Assembly (NCBI GenBank): GCA_031835245.2
Contig: JAVKOQ020000055.1
Location: 1-64,000 of the forward strand
DNA length: 64,000 nt
Direction: 5' to 3'
DNA from: Balamuthia mandrillaris
Lineage: Eukaryota
How positions within the stretch are numbered: position 1 is the first letter of the stretch; every line of letters begins with the position of its first letter. The translations under genes were made by a program, and so were the position numbers. Shown here one piece after another: positions 1-10,330 of this stretch. Under the pieces are notes generated by a model. That model saw only the letters and a list, made by a program, of their open reading frames with translations, was not told the DNA's origin and searched no databases.

Positions 1-536
1 ATGCCTTTGTCTTCCAGACTAACGGTATCGAAGTCTTTTGTTGTTATTGTTGTTGTAAGCCACTAAAAAAAAGAACTGTGAAGGAAAAGGACAAAACCAG
101 AAAACGGAGAGTGGATTTGGGTCCAGTTTTCTGCTTTCGGTGGTTCCTCCGGTCTTGTGGGCGTCAATGACCGGTCGAGGGTCTGCTGAAAGAGCGTGTC
201 ACTGCTGTTGCCGCGTTGTTGTTGTTGTTCTGCCATGGAGGTCTAGCGGTGGGTATGTTTGTCTCTCTCTCGGAGAAGAGGAAGAAAGAGTAGTGGAGAT
301 GTTTTATTGCTAATACCTTTGGCTGCTCGTGTTCGATGCCGGCATCTCCCGCTACGCCGAGAAAAAAAAAGAAACGGGGTTGGTATAAAAGAGGCTCCGT
401 GAGTGCGTGGTGGTCGACCACTTTTCGCTCCCCGGCCACTCGGTGTGTATGTGTGGAATCATTCAAACAAACTGCAGAGGGAAGCAATTTTTCTGTTTGA
501 AATAATAATAAATAATACATATCATACAACAAGGCA

Positions 537-1004
537 TTACTCCTTTGACAGCAACTCTGCAAGAGGTGGTAACAGCGCTTCATAGCAGCTCAGTTTGGTC
601 CTCGCAAGGAGGAGCTCTTGTTTCAACCTGTTGATCTCTTTGTCTCTTTCATGAATGCCTCTTTGGTATTCATGAAACCGTTCGGTCAGCCCATTCACCA
701 GCCCCTGGTCGTCCCTGTGTAACTCGCGAGGCCGTTCCCCCTCCCTGTTCCCGTGCTGTTCTGCTGCTTGCGCGAGTTCCCCTTGGCGTGAGCCGGTCAA
801 CTCTCTCACCCTGCCTTGAGGTGCCTGGTGTTGGGAGCTTGTACCTCGCTGGCGGGGACTGGAATGGTTCCGTAGCGCTCCTCTTGGAGACCCGTGTTGT
901 GCTCCTGCATGGCTGCCTCCAAAAGGGTGCGTCTCCCTTTCATGGGAACGCGGCCGCTTTCTGCATTGTCGTTGGAGTGTGCGGCTCGTGCTTCGTGAGG
1001 CCAT
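537..1004 (-). CDS. Hypothetical protein with basic N-terminus and C-terminal coiled coil (paralog A)
   Basis: ORF from ATG 1004 (MASRSTSRTLQRQCRKRPRSH...LARTKLSCYEALLPPLAELLSKE*); resembles 1966-2559 at both ends. Confidence 0.5.
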   Translation of the reverse strand: MASRSTSRTLQRQCRKRPRSHERETHPFGGSHAGAQHGSPRGALRNHSSPRQRGTSSQHQAPQGRVRELTGSRQGELAQAAEQHGNREGERPRELHRDDQGLVNGLTERFHEYQRGIHERDKEINRLKQELLLARTKLSCYEALLPPLAELLSKE

Positions 1005-1336
1005 GTCGTCGAAGTGCTGAAAATAAAAACAAAATACCAACCTAGTTTGAAAAACCCAAAATGGACCTGCCACCAAAGGAGGTGAAAGAGCTCGTATCCT
1101 CCCACCGTCTTTCAAAATGGAAACGCTTTGCTCTGGGTTGCCACTTTGGCATCCGGTGAAGCCACAAATGCAAGCGGTTGCCCAGTTGCTTGACCAATCC
1201 TTGGCCAGAAGTGCGGTAATGAACCAGCAGGTCGCCCATGAGGAATCACATTGGTCTCAGATAGTCCACCTAGTTTTGCTGCTAATATTAAACCACACGA
1301 AGAAGAGCTCACTACCCCGCCGCTCCCATCTTAGCC

Positions 1337-1753
1337 ATGGCGACCACGCGCTTGGAAGCCAAACAGCCTCCTCGTCAGCTCATCGCGATACCAGAGACGC
1401 AGCTTGCCCTGAACAAGGACTGGCGAACCGTCTACCAGGGCTACATGGAGAACGAGATGAAAAAAGAAAAGGACAGAGAGCGGTGCAAAGTCTACCGCCA
1501 GAATAAAAAAAGCCAAACGGAGGAACTGAAGAAACAGAACAGCGAGCTGGTTGCAGAAAACCGGCAGCTGAAGGCAGAGAGGCAGCACATCCAGGAAGAG
1601 AAGCTGCAGCTGCAGGCGGAGAACGAAGAGCTGTGCGAGCAACTGAGGGCTTTGGAAGAGAAGCTTTCCCAGTGGAACCGGTTTGGCAACTCCTTCCTCG
1701 AGGTTTGGTGCTCAGGCACCCGCGGGGAAGAGTCTCCATCTAACGCCTATTGA
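1337..1753 (+). CDS. bZIP-like transcription factor
   Basis: Basic region KEKDRERCKVYRQNKK followed by a long heptad leucine zipper (ELKKQNSELVAENRQL...LQAENEELCEQLRALEEKL). Confidence 0.7.
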   Translation: MATTRLEAKQPPRQLIAIPETQLALNKDWRTVYQGYMENEMKKEKDRERCKVYRQNKKSQTEELKKQNSELVAENRQLKAERQHIQEEKLQLQAENEELCEQLRALEEKLSQWNRFGNSFLEVWCSGTRGEESPSNAY

Positions 1754-1965
1754 TTCTTTGTACAAATATTATTAATGCTGCTGCCTTGACATTACGATGA
1801 AGAGCCCTTTTTCTTTCATGAGTTCGACCAGCTGCTGAGACGAAGCAGAGACAATGAAGATAAGAAAAGACACCGCATGAAAGAATGAACCGACAAGAAA
1901 TGACAAGAAAGAATGAAAGAACAACAATGCAATGTACTGTTCTTTATACATAACTGTGGCGAGCG

Positions 1966-2559
1966 TTACTCCTTCGGCATTAGGTTTTGAAGACGTTGAG
2001 CAAGTTGCTCATACCTTTGCACTTTGGCAGCTAGTTCGGCAAGCTGTCGCTGCAAGACCTTTTTCCCTTGCCGTAGTACCATGTTATCTTCCGTACAGAA
2101 CCCTAGGTGCTTCCGCCAACCAACAAGCCGTTTCGTCAGCTCTCCGATGGGCACCCCGTCTTCCTTTGCGAGACCTTCTCTTTGGGGACCTCCAGTCGAC
2201 GGCCTGCCGGTAGGCGGGAGGACGAATTGTTCATCGGCAACTCGGCTTGAATCGCTCTGCATTTTGTTTGACTGCTTTGCCTGAAGGTCTCATCCCGTTT
2301 CCCTTGGCCTCCAGAACGCTGTCATTTAAATCTATTTCCTTGTTGTTGGTCATTAGGTGAGCGACTCGCTCTTCGTTGTTGTTCCCAGAGCTTGTTTCTC
2401 GCTGGTGGGAACTGGAGGCTGGAACTGCTCTACTTGCAAGTGGTTTGGGCCACTGTACCTTCGGTCAGAGCTCTCTTGCCGTTCTTCATGGCTTTGGGAA
2501 CGCTGTCGCTTTCTGCCATTTTGTTCGGCTGGTGTTCGGGCAGTGTCGGGTGTTGCCAT
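1966..2559 (-). pseudogene. Interrupted paralog B of the 537-1004 gene (pseudogene or unresolved intron)
   Basis: N-terminus MATPDTARTPAEQNGRKRQRSQSH (2353-2559) and C-terminus ELAAKVQRYEQLAQRLQNLMPKE* (1966-2262) lie in separate ORFs with stops between them. Confidence 0.4.
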
Positions 2560-2980
2560 GTTGCTCCGTTAGCACAAGATCCAAAAGTTAACAATGGCCA
2601 AAACGCAGTAACCAACGAGGACCCCGGAATGAATGTTCAATGAAAGCGACTGAAAGCTTGTTTCCCACCCCTTCAAAAAAGGAAAGGCAAAAACAACATG
2701 GATTCATTAGCATGGATTCGCCTTTGGTGATACATTCAGCGGCTGTGCTAAAGAACAAACCAAGACGCAAAAATCCGATCCAGAGGACGGCTCGGCGTCT
2801 CTCGGGACGTCCCGAATAAACATCTAATATTTGTAGACGCTATGTTGACGTCATGTCGTCGACAAGTTATGGAAATTTCAGAGAATGACACTTGTCTACC
2901 AAATCGTCGACAATATAAATAATCCGCGAAAAATTTGAATAATCCGAGAAAAAAAAGAGCGAAGAAGAAGAAGAGCGGAA

Positions 2981-3761
2981 ATGGAAGGGTTCAGCAGCGG
3001 ACTACGACTCACGGGGCTGGACGACCACATCACCCCTTCCCAAGGCTGCGTGAACCCGTTGTTCGTCGATGGTAAGAAGCAGACCGCGGCCATTGATGAG
3101 GATGACGCCAAGCTAGCGGCGGTGGATACCACCAAACGAGCCAAGATCTCCCTGGAGGATGATGGCAGCTACGTGGAGCTCTCCGGCGATGGGCGCAAGG
3201 AAGTGCTGGAGACCGCCACCATCACGTTGAATGACTGCTTGGCGTGCAGGTCTGGTTTTTCTCTCACTCTATCACTCTCTCACTTGCTTCCCTTCGCCCG
3301 CTTCACTATCCTCTCTCGCTGACTTTTTTTTTCCTACTCTTCAGTGGCTGCATCACTTCGGCAGAAAGCGTTTTGATCTCGCAGCAAAGCTCGACCGAGT
3401 TTCTCAGCAAGCTCGCCGAGAAAAAGAGCGCAGGGCTGGTCGTCGTGCTCTCCATCTCCCCGCAAGCAAGAGCTTCCATCGCTGCCTACTACCGTCTCTC
3501 CCTATTGGAGGCATGTGTTTTTTTTGTTTCGCTCTTATGTTTGGTTTGTTGCTTTCGGTCTGACTTTTTCGTTTGTTTGTTTCGCTTTTTGATCGTTCAG
3601 ACGCACCAAAAGTTGATCACTTTTTGCAAAAGCCTTGGCGCTGACTACGTGTTTGACACTTCGTAAGTCACTCTCTTCTTTCTTCTCTCTCCTTTGTTGC
3701 TTTCGTTTCTACTTTCTCTTGTTCTCCTTCTACTCTTCTTCTTTCCATCTCCTTCTTTTTC

Positions 3762-3795
<34 letters not shown>

Positions 3796-5170
3796 CTTCT
3801 TCTTCTTCTTCTTCTTCTTCTTCTTCTTCTTCTTCTTCTTCTTCTTCTTCTTCTTCTTCTTCTTCTTCTTCGTAAGTATTGACAACAAGCAAACGAACAG
3901 ATTTTCACGAGACTTTGCATTGTTGGAATCCATGTTTGAGTTTGTAAGCAAATACAAACAACAGCAACAACTCAACCAAACAGAAAGTGCTTCTTCAGAA
4001 GAAACAACTGCAAGAACGAGAGCAACAAGACGAGACAGAAATGCGTCTAATGTCAACGCAGTACTTCCTGTCTTAGCGTCAGCATGCCCCGGATGGGTTT
4101 GTTATGCTGAAAAGAAGCATCACGAGGTGTTGCCTCATATCAGCACCGCAAAGTCTCCTCAACAAGTGATGGGCTCTCTTGTCAAATACTTTTTCAGCCA
4201 GCAGATTAACCATCGGTACTTATCGTTTCTCTTTTCATGCCATCTCTTTTTAACATATTTTATTCAATAAAGCCCAGAAAAGATATATCACACGTCGGTC
4301 ATGCCCTGTTTCGACAAAAAGCTGGAAGCTAGCCGAAACGACTTTTACAACGAATCTTTGCAAACCAGAGAGGTCGATTGTGTTTTATCCTCTGCTGAAC
4401 TGTTGGACCTCATCAAAGAGAAAGGCGTTGATTTCCCTTCGTTGGAACCATCTCCTCTCGACCCATTGTACTATTCCTCTCTTCTATTCTCTGCGTTCTC
4501 TCTGCTTACCTGTTTACCGCTCGTCTTTCATTTTCTCACTTCTAACTGTTACAACAGATTCACAAACACTGATCCAAAAGAGTTATTCGGAGTAAGAGGA
4601 GGTTCTGGGGGTTATGCCGAATGTGTCTTTCGTTACGCCGCCAAGGAGCTCTTTGGAGTGGACATACCAGAGGATCGTCCTTTGGAATGGAAGCAAGGCA
4701 GAAACCCTAACTTTCAAACGGTGAGCCTGGAGGTGGATGGAGAGACCAAACTTACCTTTGCCAAGGCGTATGGCTTTAGCAACATCCAGAGCTTTCTTCG
4801 TCGGATTCGCTCGAAACGAGAGAAAAGTCCTTATGACTTTATCGAGGTTCGTTTGCTGCTATTTTTTCCTCAGGCCATTTTACTCAACTAACAAACAAAA
4901 AAGGTGATGGCATGTCCATCGGGATGCTTGAACGGGGGAGGACAAGTTCGTCCACAGGAAGGAGAAACGCCAAAGCAACTCGTGGAACGGCTAGAAGATA
5001 TTTATCACCAACAGACAGTCCTAAGACCTCCCCAGCAGAACGCTGCTGTGCAACAGCTCTATGGAGAGTGGCTGCAAGGAGAGCCTTACTCGGATGCTGC
5101 TAGAAAAGTGCTTCACACTCAGTATCATCCTGTCCCCAAACTCACCAATGCTCTTGCGATCCAGTGGTGA
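2981..5170 (+). CDS. NAR1: Cytosolic Fe-S assembly factor Nar1/NARFL/CIAO3 (hydrogenase-like), multi-exon
   Basis: [84 protein letters not shown], conserved C-terminal Trp (AIQW*). Confidence 0.95.
3764..3870. repeat. Compound (CTG)n-(TTC)n microsatellite in a NAR1 intron
   Basis: Directly visible tandem trinucleotide repeats. Confidence 0.95.
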
Positions 5171-5271
5171 TCATATCTTCCTCTTCTCACACTTTTCTGT
5201 TTGCTTTTGTAAAAACAAAGAAAGTAAGTTATTTTATTCTCCTCTTTCCCTATTTCCTCAGTTTCTCTCTG

Positions 5272-5302
<31 letters not shown>

Positions 5303-5357
5303 CATTTTTACATGGGAGAAATAGAGTTGTCTTTCAACAAACAGAACGATACAGACG

Positions 5358-6203
5358 TTAGAACAAGAATGAGCGCAAAGAAGGAGCCGAGCTGCCTTCC
5401 CCTTCCACGCTGAATTGAGGGTCATATCTCACCCAGCTGTCGAACCTGCCAAAGGTGAGCGCAATCTCCGCGTTGCTGCCTCTGATCACAACGTCCACGC
5501 CGACCTCTCCCCAGTTGCCATCCTCGTCGTACTCTGCCTCCTCGGCGAACTGCGCGCGCAAGTTACCGGTACTCAGCGTGCGTGTCTCAGCATCCCAACT
5601 AGGACGTCCCGATGGCACCAAGAGGTTCATGCGGAAGGTTACGCTCGCATCCGGATTGGCAGAGGCGAAGGTCCAGTTGGAGAGAAGCACGGTGAACTTC
5701 ATGCTGTTCACGTCGACGTCAAAGCGTTGCTCGTGGACGGAATAGTTGCCAGCCTCCAGGAAGAGGTAGTACCAAACGTCCAGAGAGGCCGAGGGGGAGG
5801 GAGCAGGCAGCGGCAAGTCGCTGTGAAAGTCCACGCGGAGGGTTTGGAGGCCGTGGAAGGAATGGTTGCGGTCCACGTCGCCGAAATAGGAGTCCAGGCT
5901 GGCAAAGTTGTTGAAGGAAGGGCCGCCGTTGTTCTCCTGGATGCCGAGGAAGCTAAGGAGGAACATCTTGCTGTCGCCCACGTGAGAGAACTTGACTTTG
6001 GCGGAGTTCATCAGATGAACGGAGAGCTCCTCGTTTTCCAGTGCCTCCTCGGGCTCGTCATTGTCTTCTCCTTCATCTTCTTCATGGTGGTCTCTTGCGA
6101 GGCTGAGCCTACTGTGAGGCTTCCAAGAGGCCTCTACGAACGAAAGGCAGAGAGCCACGAGGAAGAGGGCAGAAAGCAAGGCGAGAGTAATGCGAGAGTT
6201 CAT
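5358..6203 (-). CDS. Secreted or cell-surface hypothetical protein
   Basis: 281-aa ORF with signal peptide (MNSRITLALLSALFLVALCLSFVEA), an acidic stretch and a beta-rich-looking domain ending YDP. Confidence 0.7.
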   Translation of the reverse strand: MNSRITLALLSALFLVALCLSFVEASWKPHSRLSLARDHHEEDEGEDNDEPEEALENEELSVHLMNSAKVKFSHVGDSKMFLLSFLGIQENNGGPSFNNFASLDSYFGDVDRNHSFHGLQTLRVDFHSDLPLPAPSPSASLDVWYYLFLEAGNYSVHEQRFDVDVNSMKFTVLLSNWTFASANPDASVTFRMNLLVPSGRPSWDAETRTLSTGNLRAQFAEEAEYDEDGNWGEVGVDVVIRGSNAEIALTFGRFDSWVRYDPQFSVEGEGSSAPSLRSFLF

Positions 6204-6499
6204 GCTTGTTTGTGTGTGGAAAATGTGTTTGTTTCAAAGAAGAAAAAAAGTCCCCTCTTTTATCAGAAATTATTATGAATTGTAATACATGGTTCAAGAA
6301 AAACGATTGGATATTCAAAGAAACTATGCCAAATATGTTAAAAACTCCCGAAAATTATAACCAACACGATTGGTTGTTGCTATGATACGTCCTGTTTCCA
6401 TGGTTACCGTCTAATTTAATTCATTTATCCTCCGGACCAATCATAACAATTCATCCTTTTAATTTATTTTTATTTTATTTTTTATTTTATTTTATTTTT

Positions 6500-7807
6500 T
6501 TAGTGGCGATAAGAAGAGGTGGAATAGAGCGTGTCGTCCTTGGCTCGGCTGAGCTGTCCCAAAAAGTCACCCAAGCCGTCGTCATCGTTGCCACCGAACC
6601 CAAACCCTGCCCTGCCGTCCAAGGTGATGACCTCGGGCGGCGGCGGCGGGGCGGTGGAGAAGAGGGACGGGGAGGAGGGAGAGAACGCCTGGCGAGGGCT
6701 GAGAGCGGTCGCCAAGGTCTTTCTTCGGTCCTTTTGCTCTTCTCTTCTTCTCTGTTGGTATTGCAGCGGAGAGAGGTGTTGTTGTGGTTGTGGTTGTTGT
6801 TGAGGCGGTTCATCGTCCAGGTTGCCTCCCACTAACATTTTGAGAATGGATCCGCTTCGTGCTCGCGAGAGGGAAGAGCTTCGCCCGACGTTTGAAGAGG
6901 AGGAAGCAGAAGAAGCGGTAAACGCTTCGCTCTTTCTTCTGGAAAAGAAAGAGGAAGAGGAACTGCGTTGAGGTTGAGGTTGAGGTTGAGGTTGTTGAGA
7001 TGGTGAGAAAGATGGAGAAGAAGAAGAGGAAGAGGAAGATGAGGAAGAATAAGAGGGAGAAGAACTTCGACGGACAGGAAATGAATCTAAACTGTGAACT
7101 CCGATTGTGGAATGAAGCGAAGCGCTGGTAGAGAGAGGGTCGTGAAAAGGTGAAGCAGGGGATGTTGGTGTTTTAGGAGACGAAACGTTGGAGGAAGAGG
7201 AAGAGGAAGAGGAAGGAGAAGAGGATTTGAATGCGGATGGTTCCTGTGCTAATAGAGCTGGTTGCTCTGAGCTCATTATCTCGAAACTTTGAGAAGCTGT
7301 TTTAACGTTGAGAGAATGGATGAGTATTGAAGCGAAAGAAAAAGAGAAAGAAAGAGAGAGAGAGAGAGAGAGAGATACAAGAATTGAGAAAAATGGAGAT
7401 GAAGAAGAAAGCTTACGACGAAAGGAGAAAGGCAGAGAATGGCTGTGCTTAGAGGTAGGTGGAGAGGATGCAACGATGGAGAACTTTTCGCTTTTGAGGT
7501 ATTGTACAGCAGCTTGGAAAGAAACGAGATTGAAACTGTTTTACCAAGTAACGAACGAGTTAAAAAAAAAGAAAAGGAAGAAGGAAGAAGAAAGTACCCG
7601 AGTTCTGATTTAAGAGAACTAAATGTAAAGTTCTCCATGTAGAAAAGTTGGCTTTGAAGGTGTTTACATTTGGAGAGAACAATGATATAGGCTAAGAATG
7701 GTATAAGGTCGTCCGTTGTAACGATTTCATCTATCAAAGATTGAAAACAAGGAAAAAATAGATAAGAATAAAAAAATATACAGAGATTATGTTGTTTGTT
7801 TCTAAGA

Positions 7808-7842
<35 letters not shown>

Positions 7843-8033
7843 AGTAGACAGAAGAAGGGAACGGGAGGAGCTGATGTGCGATGCTTGAACTGATGGAAAC
7901 TTTCGTGGGTAAAAGGAAAGAACCATCGATAGAGAGAGGAGCATAGCCTTATAAGTTGCTTTCGCACAAGAGCAATTGACCACATGCCCAATGGCAATTA
8001 AATAATGCAAGACATTTGGCCAAAGCTTGTGCT

Positions 8034-8067
<34 letters not shown>

Positions 8068-8654
8068 CAAAGAAACCTGAATTGGGAGAAACTGCAGCTT
8101 GAACGGTTTTCATGATGAGATCGTTGGTTTTCTTAAGGCAGTAGAGTTTTTCAAGTGGGGTTGTCAATGCTTCCAGTTGTTTGAATTGGCGAGTAGGTTC
8201 CACCATTGAACATTGCAACTCCTCTCTCACTCCTTTTCAATAGCAAACAAATAGTTTACGTGTTACTTCCAATACTGCTCAATAGAGAGGAAAGAACAGA
8301 AAAAAGAGACTAACCGAGATCGCTCTGTCGTATTTTCTCGAGCGGGCCAATGATGCCATAAAGTTCGCTGTCCTCTTGCTTGAAGTTATTTCGTATGTTC
8401 TTCCACAGCTTTGCATGAAGTCCATTGCTTACAAAACTAATGCGAAAAAGTAAGAATACAAAATGAAAGGGAGAGACAGAAGAGAGAGAGAGAGAGAGAG
8501 ATTCGTACATTTCAATCATTTCTTTGAGTTCGTTTAAGCATTGTTCGTTGTTCATGTTGTGAAATCGCCGAAAAGTGCCATTAGCACATAACAATGCTTC
8601 AAGGGCATAGTCGAATATTCCTTGAATCTATTTGTATCAAAGCAATAACTCAGA

Positions 8655-8686
<32 letters not shown>

Positions 8687-8924
8687 CAAAAAAGAAGAGT
8701 GAGGGAATATACCTTTTTAACGGCGTGTTGTTCGTAGTTTTTGACCAAGACGTAGGTTTTGTTGAACTGTTCAATATGTTCTTCTATCTTGTTTAAAACA
8801 ATCTCATTCTCGGGGAAAGAGCGCAAAAAGAGAATCGATCTATTGGCCAAGCAGCCGTTACAACAGAAGTGGTGAATAGAGAAAGCGAAAGGTAGAAAGA
8901 GAATAAAGTGAGTTTCTGATCAAT

Positions 8925-8963
<39 letters not shown>

Positions 8964-9753
8964 AACGGACTCGCTTAACGTGCGTTCTTTGGGAAATGGC
9001 ACCTCGCAAAAAGAAGCCACCGAAGCATACTGCTCATTTGTTTCTTGTTAGTTGCAGAGTTACACCGTGCTTGAACAGAGAGAGAGAGAGAGAGAGAGAG
9101 AGCAGAGAAGCAGAGAACGGTAGAGAAGGGAGAGTGAGAGACGTTGGTATGTTTGTTGGTTTCTTGTGTTTCGGCGCAAACAAAAAAGCAACGAGAGAGA
9201 GAGAAAGGGAGAGAGAAAAGGAGCAGAAAAGAGCAGAGCACGAAAGCAAGGAAGAAGAGCGATAAGAAAAGGGGCAGAAAAAAGCCAACCAAAGGGCCAA
9301 TAAGTGGAGACTCCAGACATAGCACTTGGAAGCTTTGCGACTGGTTATTGTAGAACATTTCCTCAAAAAGTATACGCACGGTTCGTTGGTCTTCGAAACC
9401 TTTTTTTTTAACAAAACAAAAAAGAGAGAAAAGTAAATAACAAATAATAGAGAACGAGAGAAGAGAGAACGAGAGAGTGAGAGAACGAGAGCACGAGAGA
9501 ACAGAGAAGAGAGAAGGTAGCAGAAAGGAGAGAGAGAGAGAGAGAGAGAGAGAAGGGAGACGAACCAGATTTGGTTGAGAGAGAGTTGTTCTCCAGAGAG
9601 ATCTCTTTGCCGTTCAACGTGACGTACTGCTCTTTGAACAGCGGAGAGGGTTTCAGTATGTGCGTTTCTACATACAGGAAAAAACGAGTTTTTTTTAACA
9701 CAAGAGCAGCGAGTCAAGTGAAGAGGAAGGGACGAGAAGAGAGAGAGTGTGTG

Positions 9754-9791
<38 letters not shown>

Positions 9792-9988
9792 AATGATGGG
9801 ATTGAAACGTAACTGACAAACTCCTCATCCAAGTTGTTGAGCCCACGCAAGGAGACTTGTTGGGGGACGCACAGGAGGTAGCAGTTCCTCTCCACCAAGG
9901 CGTAGTACCTGGCGTACTTTCGTTTGAGAAACCTGAAAAAGGGGTTCGCCGTCAGGTCCTCCTCCTCCTGTGCGTTCTGGTGATGCAT
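6500..9988 (-). CDS. VPS9-domain Rab GEF with VARP/ANKRD27-like N-terminus, multi-exon
   Basis: EEDLTANPFFRFL...LLCVPQQVSL and RILFEEMFYN resemble the VARP N-terminus; TTPLEKLYCLKKT, TTDDLIPFLAYIIV and ELGY are VPS9 motifs; Ser-rich tail; no ankyrin repeats seen. Confidence 0.8.
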
Positions 9989-10097
9989 CTCTTTTTTTTC
10001 TTCCTTCTTTCTTTGGATGATTTTTTTTGGGTGATTATTGACGATATTTCCGTGAATTATGGGGCATAATCTATCTTTATTCACCCCAAGCAATAAT

Positions 10098-10330
10098 AGT
10101 TGCAACGGCGGGCGACTAAGGCGGCGCCAAGATCAAGCCGATTCATGGGACAACGAAAATAAAGCAAAATTAGTAAAAGGAAAACAAAAAAGGCCAGACA
10201 CAAAAAATAACCCACCACCTCCGGCGTGCCTAATCACGGCTTGTCTTGCGACTCGCTATAAGCAACGGTGCCGGCACCAAAGCAACCTTACCGCCTACCG
10301 CCCCCTCACAGAGGAGGAGGAGGAGGTGGT
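10098..10330 (-). ncRNA. Putative Fanzor omegaRNA (scaffold at the element end plus flank-derived guide)
   Basis: Lies between the Fanzor stop and the TIR; stems GUC-GCAA-GAC (10243-10252) and UUGCU-UAU-AGCGA (10253-10265), long-range AAGCCG/CGGCUU (10237-10242 / 10135-10140); boundaries inferred. Confidence 0.55.

Noticed and set aside
5415..6278. Long antisense ORFs (also 10447-11055, 13894-14709, 27990-28685, 56920-57693, 57608-58429)
   Set aside because: Shadows of GC3-rich real genes on the opposite strand
7276..9846. ORFs rich in SLSLSL, RERERE or poly-F/L
   Set aside because: Translations of intronic (TC)n/(TTC)n microsatellites
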